Counted from the stretch's first letter, positions 1 through 7,546 are shown. The stretch is 36,026 nucleotides of DNA from a virus (IMGVR_UViG_3300011444_000017:1-36026), one strand, 5' to 3'. Translations and numbers: made by a program. Notes: generated from the sequence alone by a model not told the origin.

Positions 1-525
1 CACTCGACCGGCCGCGCCCTCGCCGACGACGGGTTCGCCCTCCGGACCGCCGCCGGCCGCTGGCGCTCGACCGAGGCGGGGATCGGGTATATCGACCGGA
101 TCGAGCGCTCCGAGGAGGTCCACCTCACCCACATGAAGTGCGTCCGCGACGAGCGGAACCGCGAGCGCCGGGAGAAGGTGCTCGCCTGGCTCGACCTCCA
201 CGCCCGCCTGACACCGCAGGCGAAAACCTACGTCGAGCACGTCGTCGAGGCCCTGCTCGCCGGAGAGCGCGTCCGGGAGAGCGGCTGGAACTGGCAGGAC
301 GGCGACGAGAAGTGCCGGGCCTGGACCGAAGTCGCCGTCGATGCTGTCGAGGAGATGGAGCTGGCGCAGATCGCGGCAGAGGAGGCGGGCGGAAATCTCG
401 TCGTCTCCTACGCCGCCGGCGACCACGTGCTGGTCAGAGCCTCGCGCCGTCGGACCGAGGTCGTCCGCGAGATCGCCTCCGAGAACATCGTCCGCCTCGA
501 CGACTGGAAGGAAGCCCGCGCGTGA
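1..525 (+). CDS. Hypothetical protein, 5'-truncated by the window; possible winged-helix wing (GRWRSTEAG) near the start
   Basis: The frame of ORF 133..525 is open back to base 1 (HSTGRALADDGFALRTAAGRWRSTEAGIGYIDRI...) with GC3-rich codons; its stop overlaps the next GTG. Confidence 0.7.
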   Translation, partial: HSTGRALADDGFALRTAAGRWRSTEAGIGYIDRIERSEEVHLTHMKCVRDERNRERREKVLAWLDLHARLTPQAKTYVEHVVEALLAGERVRESGWNWQDGDEKCRAWTEVAVDAVEEMELAQIAAEEAGGNLVVSYAAGDHVLVRASRRRTEVVREIASENIVRLDDWKEARA

Positions 526-860
526 CGCCGGCGCACGTCTCGCGAGAAGCGACGGCTTCCGACCCAGAAGAGTACAGAGCGACGACTGAGGAGGCCCGAG
601 CGGTCCGAGCCTCGGTCGCCGCGCAGCTGTCGTCGATGATCGAGGAGATGGATATGACCGGGAGCCGGGGCTACCTCGTCCGGCGCCTCAAAGAGCTGAA
701 CGCTGCCGTCGCCTCCGACGATCCGCTGGCCCTGAACGCCGCCGTGATGGAGGTCGCCGCCGCGGCCGGAGCCTGGGCCGCGCACGTCCAATTGAAGGAG
801 CCGGTCTACATATCTCTCCGGAACGCGCAGAAACGCCGCCTCGACTCCGCAGCGGCCTGA
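522..860 (+). CDS. Hypothetical helical protein
   Basis: GTGA overlap at 522-525; protein-like C-terminal half of ORF 138..860 (TPAHVSREATAS...KRRLDSAAA). Confidence 0.75.
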   Translation: MTPAHVSREATASDPEEYRATTEEARAVRASVAAQLSSMIEEMDMTGSRGYLVRRLKELNAAVASDDPLALNAAVMEVAAAAGAWAAHVQLKEPVYISLRNAQKRRLDSAAA

Positions 861-890
861 GGTAGCTTCGCCGCGTTCACTGGTGCTGGC

Positions 891-940
891 AAGGGAGGGG
901 GGGGGCCGCTTCCATCGCTTCGCGGCCCCTCCCGTCCTTT
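891..940 (+). terminator. GC-rich hairpin, probable intrinsic terminator
   Basis: AAGGGAGGGGGGGGGCCGC (891-909) pairs with GCGGCCCCTCCCGTCCTT (922-939) using G:U pairs; ends in a short T run; lies after a stop codon and before a promoter-like site. Confidence 0.55.
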
Positions 941-956
941 CCGCCGCCGCTGCCGG

Positions 957-993
957 TAGTCTCCCCACAGTCACCCGCACCTAGGAGGAAGCG
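957..993 (+). promoter_or_regulatory. Class A promoter/leader (TAGTCT -10, GTCACCC leader, AGGAGG RBS)
   Basis: TAGTCT at 957-962; GTCACCC starts at 970, 8 nt after the -10 end as at 5320 and 7037; AGGAGGAAGCG precedes ATG 994. Confidence 0.6.
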
Positions 994-1602
994 ATGGAGT
1001 CAGGAAGCGCACCGCCCGCAGTCCCGTTGCTCGGCGCGACGTTGGAGGACGCCCTCGATGCCGGGCTGAGGAAGGCAGGGGTCTTCTGCTCGCTCTGCGG
1101 CCGCTCGGCGCCGACCCCGCCGGAGCCGCCGCGGATCGACGAGGTGGTCGAGGGCGCCGAGGTTTCGGCGACCTTCGAGATCGCCGGCGAACCGACGATG
1201 ACGGAGTACCTGGTGATCGACGCCGAGATTTCGCCGGAGCCCGGCCGGAAGCCGACCGTCGCTCTCGCCCGCTTCTACCACTGCGGCCGCGAGGACTGCG
1301 ACGCCACCGATCTTCGAGCGCAAGCGCAGGCGGCCCGCCGCGTCCCCGCCTGGGAAGTCCTGGCGAACACCCCCGACGCCCCGCCGCCCGAGGCGACCGA
1401 GCCGAAGTTCGAGGTCGGCGCCTACGTGATCCCCCTCGGCTCGACGCACTCTCCGCCGTCGCAGGTCGAGGCCCGCCGCTGGTATGAGCCCGACGAGTAC
1501 GGCCGCGCGGGCTGGCGCTACGACCTCACCCTCGACGGCAAGCCGGTCGCGCCGGTCCCCTTCCAGGAGGACATTCTCACGTTGGCCGAAGGCTCGCGGT
1601 GA
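994..1602 (+). CDS. Hypothetical protein; putative Zn site (CSLC...HCGREDC) and SH3/KOW-like C-terminus (PKFEVGAYV...WRYDL)
   Basis: Strong RBS; motifs read from the translation. Confidence 0.8.
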   Translation: MESGSAPPAVPLLGATLEDALDAGLRKAGVFCSLCGRSAPTPPEPPRIDEVVEGAEVSATFEIAGEPTMTEYLVIDAEISPEPGRKPTVALARFYHCGREDCDATDLRAQAQAARRVPAWEVLANTPDAPPPEATEPKFEVGAYVIPLGSTHSPPSQVEARRWYEPDEYGRAGWRYDLTLDGKPVAPVPFQEDILTLAEGSR

Positions 1603-1817
1603 AGAAGGCGCCCGAGGTCGGGAGTCGCTGGAAGCTCGGCGAGCGGACCGTCGTCTACGAGATCGTGGAGTCCGAGCCCGAGCGGCCGCCCCGCGAGGGC
1701 TACGTCCACGCCCGGACGGTGAGCCAGACGACCGATGTGGCGATCGGCGGCCGCGTCGAAATCGCCATCGTCTCGCTCGGGACTACCTACAAGCGCGTGA
1801 AGAAGGGGGCCAAATGA
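1599..1817 (+). CDS. Small hypothetical protein (possible SH3-like barrel)
   Basis: GTGA overlap with the upstream gene and ATGA overlap with the downstream gene. Confidence 0.75.
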   Translation: MKKAPEVGSRWKLGERTVVYEIVESEPERPPREGYVHARTVSQTTDVAIGGRVEIAIVSLGTTYKRVKKGAK

Positions 1818-2038
1818 AGGAGCGCGCGATCCGCGAGCGCAAATCGGTGAAAGCCGGCGAGGTCTTTGAACACTCGGTCATCGAACTGAACGGCCAGCGC
1901 CTCCGCGTCGATCGGCGCACCAGCGAGAAGAAGATGGGCCGCCGCGTCGTCATCTTCCGCCAGATCCCCAACGGCCGGCGCCGGACTCGGGTCTGGGAGC
2001 TGAACCCGGCGAAGAAGGTCACGCTCTGTCTGCGGTGA
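1814..2038 (+). CDS. Small basic hypothetical protein
   Basis: ATGA overlap at 1814-1817; MKERAIRERKSV...VTLCLR is the C-terminal part of ORF 1484..2038. Confidence 0.75.
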   Translation: MKERAIRERKSVKAGEVFEHSVIELNGQRLRVDRRTSEKKMGRRVVIFRQIPNGRRRTRVWELNPAKKVTLCLR

Positions 2039-2340
2039 TGGACTCGGGAATGGTGCGGGGCCGTCACACTCGCTGGGATGACGAGAAGCAGAAGCACGTC
2101 TTCGTTGAGGGCGGAGAGCCGGTCCCGGCTTGCGGCGGCGCGGAGCCGCCGTGTCCCTTCTGTGGGAAGCGGGCGAAGCCGAACGGCCCGGACCCTTGTC
2201 TGGGGGAGCTGCCCGGAGTAGAGTCGGCCTGCTGCGGTCATGGCCAGCATCAGGGCTGGATTCGCTTCGACGAGGGGCCGCAGCTCGCGGTCCATATCGA
2301 CTATCCCGGCTGTTGGCCGGAGACGGGAGGAGAAGGATGA
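2035..2340 (+). CDS. Cys/His-rich putative metal-binding phage protein
   Basis: CPFC...DPCLGELPGVESACCGHG motif; coupled to both neighbours. Confidence 0.8.
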   Translation: MMDSGMVRGRHTRWDDEKQKHVFVEGGEPVPACGGAEPPCPFCGKRAKPNGPDPCLGELPGVESACCGHGQHQGWIRFDEGPQLAVHIDYPGCWPETGGEG

Positions 2341-2540
2341 GCCTGACGGACGACGACAAGCGAGCAGAGATCGAGGCGAAGCGAGGGACGCTCGAACACG
2401 AGCAGTACGCAGCGGAGCTGGACGTGGCGACGGCCGAGGCCGCCGGCGTCGAGGCGCTGGTGGAGGAGCCGACGGCTCGGCTCGGCCGCGTCAACGCCCA
2501 GCTGGCCGTGCTCGACGAGAAGGAAGCCGAACTGAGCTGA
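2337..2540 (+). CDS. Small acidic coiled-coil hypothetical protein
   Basis: ATGA overlap at 2337 with GGAG RBS; MSLTDDDKRAEIEAK... Confidence 0.75.
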   Translation: MSLTDDDKRAEIEAKRGTLEHEQYAAELDVATAEAAGVEALVEEPTARLGRVNAQLAVLDEKEAELS

Positions 2541-2758
2541 TGCCGACCTACGAGGTCGAGATCAGGTCGCGGCTCCTCGGTGCGCCCCGGAGGCTCCGGG
2601 TGCCCGCGCCCGATCCGGCGCTCGCTCGTCGTCGCGGTGCCCGTCGCGCGCTCGCGCTGGAGCAGCCGGGCCTCGGGCCGACCATCGGCGCCGAGGAGTT
2701 CAACACGGTCGCCGGCCACGTCGCCGTCGGCGCGAAGGCCCGAGAGGTCGTCGCCTAG
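2540..2758 (+). CDS. Small hypothetical protein
   Basis: TGATG overlap at 2538-2542; MPTYEVEIRSRLLG...; its stop overlaps the next GTG. Confidence 0.7.
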   Translation: MPTYEVEIRSRLLGAPRRLRVPAPDPALARRRGARRALALEQPGLGPTIGAEEFNTVAGHVAVGAKAREVVA

Positions 2759-3813
2759 TGGGAGATCGCTCCGAGATTCAGTGGACGGATGCGACCTGGA
2801 ACCCGCTGACGGGTTGCTCGAAGGTCAGCCCCGGCTGCGCCCACTGCTACGCGGAGACGCTGACGATGCGGTACGCGAAAGGGTGGAAGGTCCCCGGCCT
2901 CCCCTGGACTCCGAAGAACGCGCCGGCGAACGTCATCCTGAAACCGAAGAAGCTCGACGAGCCTCTGAAGTGGAAGGAGCCGAGGATGATCTTCGTCAAC
3001 TCCATGAGCGACCTCTTCCACGAGCGCGTGACCGGGCTCCCGCGCGAATTCGGAGCCGACCGCGCGCGGCCCCCGGACGACCCCATCGCCTTCGGGCAGC
3101 AGGAGGGCGAGCCCGATCGGCCCGACTACATCGCCGAGGTCTTCGCGGTGATGAGCATCGCCGAGCGCCACGTCTTCCAGGTGTTGACGAAGCGGCCGGT
3201 CGCCGCCGCCTACCTGCTCGGCCGCGCCGACTTCTGGCTCCGGGTCAACGCCGCCCGGATGAAACGGGGCTTCCCGGTCTTGCCGGGCGGGATGAGCGAA
3301 TACGCCTCCGGGAAGCGGACCCTCCCGAACGTCTGGATGGGGACCTCGATCGAGAACCGCCACTTCGCCTGGAGGGCCGACGCCCTGCGGAATACGCCAG
3401 CGGCGATCCGCTTCATCTCGGCCGAGCCCCTACTCGGGCCGCTCGTCTTCGACGACGTGGAACGGGTCGGCTTCGCGGGAGGCCCCGGCGCGGCCGGTCC
3501 GAAGTGGGCCGACGACTCCGACGCCGACCCCCTCGAACTGGACGGGATCGACTGGCTCATCGTCGGCGGCGAGTCGGGACCGAAGCATCGGCCGATGCGC
3601 GAAAAGTGGGTCCTCGCCCTCCGCGAAGCCTGCCTCGCCGAGAACCTGAGCCGCGATCCGAACGGCTACGCGAAAGCGGGGCCGCACTTCTTCTTCAAGC
3701 AGTGGGGTGGTAGAACCCCGAAGGCAGGCGGTCGTCTCTTGGAGGGCCGCGAGTGGAACGAGATGCCAGCGACGCTGGCAGAGGAGGTGTCACCCGTATG
3801 CGAACCCGTATGA
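2758..3813 (+). CDS. Phage Gp37/Gp68 family (DUF5131) protein
   Basis: Diagnostic motifs SEIQWTDATWNPLTGCSKVSPGCAHCYAE, IFVNSMSDLFH, FQVLTKRP, RFISAEPLLG, DWLIVGGESG and FFFKQWGG. Confidence 0.93.
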   Translation: MGDRSEIQWTDATWNPLTGCSKVSPGCAHCYAETLTMRYAKGWKVPGLPWTPKNAPANVILKPKKLDEPLKWKEPRMIFVNSMSDLFHERVTGLPREFGADRARPPDDPIAFGQQEGEPDRPDYIAEVFAVMSIAERHVFQVLTKRPVAAAYLLGRADFWLRVNAARMKRGFPVLPGGMSEYASGKRTLPNVWMGTSIENRHFAWRADALRNTPAAIRFISAEPLLGPLVFDDVERVGFAGGPGAAGPKWADDSDADPLELDGIDWLIVGGESGPKHRPMREKWVLALREACLAENLSRDPNGYAKAGPHFFFKQWGGRTPKAGGRLLEGREWNEMPATLAEEVSPVCEPV

Positions 3814-4073
3814 AAGGTCCGAAGGTCACGATCTACCCGGACAAAGCAGGCGAATTCCGCTGGAGGCTCGTCGGAGGGAACGGCGAGATCGAGGCGAGCG
3901 GCGAGAGCCACGCGACGGCGGGGCATGCCGAAAAAGCCGTGACGACGACCGCGAAGAACTTCGCCATCGTCTCCGGCTACGACGTGCCCGAGACGGGCTT
4001 CGAGCTGGACCCGGAGCTGGTCGAGACGCTGACGGTCGAGGAGGCCGAGGCGGCGGGCCTGGAGGTCGGCTGA
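3810..4073 (+). CDS. YegP/DUF1508-family protein
   Basis: IYPDKAGEFRWRLVGGNGEIEASGESH fits the DUF1508 pattern; ATGA overlap at 3810. Confidence 0.85.
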   Translation: MKGPKVTIYPDKAGEFRWRLVGGNGEIEASGESHATAGHAEKAVTTTAKNFAIVSGYDVPETGFELDPELVETLTVEEAEAAGLEVG

Positions 4074-4399
4074 TGCCCGATGACGAGACGATCCCCGGCA
4101 ACCCCGAGGAGGTCGCGGCGGCCGCGCGCCGGATGTTGGGCGAGATGGCCGCGGCCGACGAGTCACGTCCCGAATGCTCGATCGAGACGGCCGTCCAGCT
4201 GCGCGAGGCCCTGCGCGAGGTCAAGACGCAGGAGGGGGCGGTGATGGACTGCGACTCCCTCGACCGACTCCCCTTCGCCGTCCGCCGCTACGTCGAAACC
4301 CAGGAGCGCGCGTCGGCGGCGCTCCACGCGGCGAGTCGGGAGACGGGCGTCGAGCAGGTGGCGGTCGAACCGCGTCCGCTGGTCACGACGCGTGGCTGA
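4073..4399 (+). CDS. Hypothetical protein
   Basis: TGATG overlap and GGAGG RBS; MPDDETIPGNPEEV... Confidence 0.75.
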   Translation: MPDDETIPGNPEEVAAAARRMLGEMAAADESRPECSIETAVQLREALREVKTQEGAVMDCDSLDRLPFAVRRYVETQERASAALHAASRETGVEQVAVEPRPLVTTRG

Positions 4400-4904
4400 C
4401 CTCTCCCCCGAGGACGCGCAGGCGGCGGCGGAGGTCATACTTCCGCTGATCCGCCGCGCGTCCCCGGAACCCATAGAGCGGGCCGAGCTGGTCGATCGAG
4501 CGGGCCTGGAGACGGACGAGATCAGGGCGGGGCTCGGCCACCTGACCGAGGCCGGGACGATCCGCGAGGAGGGCGGCGGCTACGCGCTGACCTCGGCCGC
4601 GCCGACCGCCGCGCCTGCCGACGGCGCGAGCGACGACGAGAAGGGGCCAGAGACGGCCGACGCCGCCTCTCCCGCGTCCGTGCCCGGCTCCGGCCAGAAC
4701 TACCGCGCCAGCTTCGAGGTCACGACGACCTTCGCAGAGACGAAGGACGACGCCGCGCTCGGGGCCGCAGGAGCGATGGAGGTCGAGATCGCCGATCTCG
4801 TCCACGCGAAGTACCCCGGCGCCGTGGTGGCCGTGAACGTGACGAAGGTCGAGGCGTATAAGTCCACGGTTATCTACGGGGAGGGCAGCGAGTCCCAGGA
4901 CTGA
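4392..4904 (+). CDS. Putative winged-helix DNA-binding protein with a separate C-terminal domain
   Basis: PIERAELVDRAGLETDEIRAGLGHLTEAGTIREEGGGYAL has wHTH spacing and is followed by an Ala/Pro linker. Confidence 0.7.
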   Translation: MADLSPEDAQAAAEVILPLIRRASPEPIERAELVDRAGLETDEIRAGLGHLTEAGTIREEGGGYALTSAAPTAAPADGASDDEKGPETADAASPASVPGSGQNYRASFEVTTTFAETKDDAALGAAGAMEVEIADLVHAKYPGAVVAVNVTKVEAYKSTVIYGEGSESQD

Positions 4905-4943
4905 AAGGCCGGCGCCAGCCGGCGGTGAACGAAGGAGGAAGCG

Positions 4944-5276
4944 ATGGAAGCAGCATCTGCGGGGGCCGAACCGCCGCAGCACATGAAGGCGTTGGAACAG
5001 GCGAACGCCGTCCGACTCGCCCGAGCAGAACGCAAGCGCGAGATCGCCCGCGGCGACCTGGCCGTCGAGGACGTGATCCTCCAGATCCCGATGGAGCTGG
5101 AATCCATCTCGCTCGCCGAGCTTCTGCAGGCTCAGAAGCGTTGGGGGCGCCACCGCGTCCGGAAGTTCTTGATGATCGCCACCCTGGCCGAGAACAAGAA
5201 ACTCGGGACGCTCACGCCTCGCCAGCAGTCGCTCCTCGCGAGGGAAGTCGTCCGCGCGAAGGGAGGCGCGACATAG
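4944..5276 (+). CDS. Actinobacterial integration host factor (mIHF/sIHF)-like DNA-binding protein
   Basis: ALEQANAVRLARAERKREIARG...LAELLQAQKRWGRHRVRKFL...ENKKLGTLTPRQQSLL follows the mIHF helix-two-turn-helix layout; AGGAGG RBS. Confidence 0.8.
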   Translation: MEAASAGAEPPQHMKALEQANAVRLARAERKREIARGDLAVEDVILQIPMELESISLAELLQAQKRWGRHRVRKFLMIATLAENKKLGTLTPRQQSLLAREVVRAKGGAT

Positions 5277-5284
5277 GGGCGGGT

Positions 5285-5349
5285 GGTAACTCGCTTGCCC
5301 TTTCGCTATAGTCCTCGGCGTCACCCTTATCCGCTTACCGAGGAGGAAA
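5285..5349 (+). promoter_or_regulatory. Class A promoter/leader cassette, copy 1
   Basis: GGTAA at the -35 position, TATAGT at 5307-5312, GTCACCCTTATC leader, GAGGAGG RBS; imperfect repeat of 7002-7063. Confidence 0.75.
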
Positions 5350-5354
5350 AAACG

Positions 5355-5732
5355 ATGTATGGCGACAAGCTCACTAGCGAGTACGGCCAGAACGAAGGAC
5401 GGCGCCGCGACGTCATCGGCCGTATCCAGACGGCGCCGATCGGCAACCTGGTCCTGAACCCCGGCAAATGCCTCGCCCCCGAGGGCGCCCCGAGCGCCGG
5501 CTGGGAACCGACCGGCCACGTCGTACTGAAGCCGAGCGAGGCGATGGCGCTCGTCTCCGAGATCATCGAGACAGTCTTCGGCCACGAGAACAAACGTTGC
5601 GCTCCTGATGAAGACGTTCGCCTCGCCCTCCGACGTAGAGCAGTTCGCCGTCGAACTGAAAGAGCTGGGGGAGGCGCTGGAGACGGCCCAAGCCGAGCAG
5701 GGGACGCAGCGGGCGTAGAGACACCGAGCTGA
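5355..5732 (+). CDS. Hypothetical protein (MYGDKLTSEY...); 3' end possibly frameshifted
   Basis: Strong RBS before ATG 5355; after about 5590 the +1 frame has better codon usage. Confidence 0.65.
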   Translation: MYGDKLTSEYGQNEGRRRDVIGRIQTAPIGNLVLNPGKCLAPEGAPSAGWEPTGHVVLKPSEAMALVSEIIETVFGHENKRCAPDEDVRLALRRRAVRRRTERAGGGAGDGPSRAGDAAGVETPS

Positions 5733-5778
5733 TGCCCGCCCGCTACCTCGTCGAGGCGAAGCTCTGGATCGAAAAGCC

Positions 5779-5898
5779 ATGAGGCCGACACCGACCTGGC
5801 TGAAGGTCTTCGACGCCGTAATCCTCTTTCCGATCGGGGGCGCGGTGGCCCTGATCCTCCTCCGCGCCCTGCTGCACTTCCTACTGGGAGGGATCTGA
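5779..5898 (+). CDS. 39-aa putative membrane peptide
   Basis: MRPTPTWLKVFDAVILFPIGGAVALILLRALLHFLLGGI; TGATG coupling to 5898; too short for the ORF track. Confidence 0.6.
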   Translation: MRPTPTWLKVFDAVILFPIGGAVALILLRALLHFLLGGI

Positions 5899-6380
5899 TG
5901 AAGTGCGCCGTCTGTGAAGTCGAGCTGACGACCGCCGACGCCGGCGATCTCGTTCGGACCGACGCCGGGCCGGTCCACCGCGAGTGCTTCGAGGGGCCGG
6001 TCCCGCCGCCAGCGAAGGCCAGCGACTTCCTCTCCGAGGATGAGGTCTGGACGCCTGAGATGATCGAGGAAGAGGAAGAGGCCCGCCGCGGCCACGGCGA
6101 CGTGCCGCTCCCTTGGGACGCCTACCCCGAGGCGATGCTTCGCGCCCTCGGGGCTTTCCCCTGTACGTCGTTCTCCGTCGCCGGGCGTCGGCCGGACGCG
6201 ATCCTTTGGGACGACGCCCGCGTGCTCGCGGGGGAGCCGCTAACCGAGGCGGGCTATCGGGCGACCGAGGGCTTCGACGACGAGAGGCCGGAGGAGTCCG
6301 GCCCGCGTTGCCCCGAATGCGGCGACCCCGTAGACGAACCGGGCCGCTGTTTTACCTGCCGGGGGAGGTCGATGTTGTGA
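5898..6380 (+). CDS. Hypothetical protein with two putative Zn ribbons
   Basis: CAVC...HREC at the N-terminus and CPEC...CFTC at the C-terminus. Confidence 0.8.
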   Translation: MKCAVCEVELTTADAGDLVRTDAGPVHRECFEGPVPPPAKASDFLSEDEVWTPEMIEEEEEARRGHGDVPLPWDAYPEAMLRALGAFPCTSFSVAGRRPDAILWDDARVLAGEPLTEAGYRATEGFDDERPEESGPRCPECGDPVDEPGRCFTCRGRSML

Positions 6381-6592
6381 TCGCCAGCGCGTGCTATACA
6401 AAGTGCGATCGTTGCGGCGATCCTGCAGAGATAACCGTCGAGGGCGCGAAGGACGCTCGCCTAGCCGCTAGACGTCAGGGCTACCGGCGAGTCCCGGTGG
6501 ACCCGAAGGCTCCGAGGGCGGACTTCCTCGATGTACCAGAGACGCAGGAAGAAGACGTCTGCCCTCGTTGTCTGATGCCAGAGGAGGAATAG
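6377..6592 (+). CDS. Small Zn-finger protein
   Basis: GTGA overlap and GGAGG RBS; CDRC...CPRC. Confidence 0.75.
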   Translation: MIASACYTKCDRCGDPAEITVEGAKDARLAARRQGYRRVPVDPKAPRADFLDVPETQEEDVCPRCLMPEEE

Positions 6593-6824
6593 ATGGCCCT
6601 CGAAGTCCGCGTCGCCTGCGAGCACCCCGGCTGCGAAGAGACTGAGCGCGCCGCAAACCGCCGACGAACACTTCGACTTCTCGTCGATCGTCGATGGCCT
6701 TCCGGAGGGGAAGTTCCACTTCTGCCTCGACGCCTCCTGGATCAACGCCCCGGAGGGCTGGACGCTCGGGGGCAACGGCCAGATCCTTTGCCCTAAGCAC
6801 GGGCCGGTCGAGACGAACCCGTGA
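6593..6824 (+). pseudogene. Small Zn-finger gene interrupted by an apparent +1 frameshift near 6640
   Basis: Frame 0 gives MALEVRVACEHPGCEE; the +1 frame continues LSAPQTADEHFDF...PEGWTLGGNGQILCPKHGPVETNP and stops at 6822-6824, overlapping the next GTG. Confidence 0.65.
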
Positions 6825-7006
6825 CCCTTCCCCTCGCCCAGGTCGAAGAGGCGCTGCGGGAGAAGCTGCCGGGCCATACCCTCCGCGCCGTGCTGAGCCG
6901 AGCCGATGCCCTCTCCTCGGCCGAGCGGGAGGCCCTTCTCCGCGACTCCCTGGAGAACCGGGAACGCGACGAAGACTGGACCGCCCAGCAGCGAGCCAAA
7001 GGGTAA
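6821..7006 (+). CDS. Small hypothetical protein
   Basis: GTGA overlap; helical protein-like translation. Confidence 0.65.
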   Translation: MTLPLAQVEEALREKLPGHTLRAVLSRADALSSAEREALLRDSLENRERDEDWTAQQRAKG

Positions 7007-7063
7007 GCCGCTTAACTATCCGCTATACTCCCTCTCGTCACCCTTATCGCTACGAGGAGGAAA
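7002..7063 (+). promoter_or_regulatory. Class A promoter/leader cassette, copy 2
   Basis: GGTAA at the -35 position, TATACT at 7024-7029, GTCACCCTTATC leader, GAGGAGG RBS. Confidence 0.75.
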
Positions 7064-7064
7064 G

Positions 7065-7331
7065 ATGGCCCAGAAGAATTACCCGAAGACGACGGCCGAC
7101 CAGGACGCGACCATCAGCAGCTACCACCGGCGCGTCTCCCGGCCGACGACGGTGATCGTCCTCCGGGACGGCCGAGTCGCGCTCCGCATCCACGGCTCGG
7201 GCGCCCGCGCCGACGCGAACTTCCTGATCCGCCGCGACGGCGAACCCGAAGCCGACGCGCAGGGCCACGCGAAGAATGCCCTCGACGGCTACCTCTCGCG
7301 CCGGAAGCGGGAAGCGGTGGCGGCGCGATGA
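7065..7331 (+). CDS. Hypothetical protein (MAQKNYPKTT...)
   Basis: Strong RBS before ATG 7065; ATGA coupling downstream. Confidence 0.8.
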   Translation: MAQKNYPKTTADQDATISSYHRRVSRPTTVIVLRDGRVALRIHGSGARADANFLIRRDGEPEADAQGHAKNALDGYLSRRKREAVAAR

Positions 7332-7546
7332 AGGTCCGCGTCACGTTCGACTTCGACCGCGAAGATCGCGTCTGCGTCTCCTCCTTCTTCGGCGAGGACG
7401 GCCCGGCCGACTACGCCACGATGAAGTCCTTCATCGAGCGCGCCGTCGGAGGCGAGCTGGAGTCGCTGGGGGCTGGACTCGAAGCTCGGGAACGCTTCGA
7501 GAAGGAAGGCCGCGACCCCGACTCGCCGCTGGAGACGGTCCGATGA
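7328..7546 (+). CDS. Small hypothetical protein
   Basis: ATGA overlaps at both ends. Confidence 0.75.
   Translation: MKVRVTFDFDREDRVCVSSFFGEDGPADYATMKSFIERAVGGELESLGAGLEARERFEKEGRDPDSPLETVR

Noticed and set aside
897-905. G9 homopolymer as a phase-variation tract
   Set aside because: It is intergenic and explained as one arm of the 891-939 hairpin; there is no evidence of length variation from a single sequence
4905-4925. GCCGGC-GCCA-GCCGGC short hairpin before the IHF-like gene
   Set aside because: A 6-bp GC-only stem is expected by chance at this GC content and has no U tract
5283-5354. Upstream extensions of ORFs 5283..5732 and 6906..7331, and similar RYSPRRHPY/RYTPSRHPY peptides translated from the two cassettes
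   Set aside because: The shared peptide is only a translation of the repeated promoter cassette; strong RBSs place the true starts at 5355 and 7065
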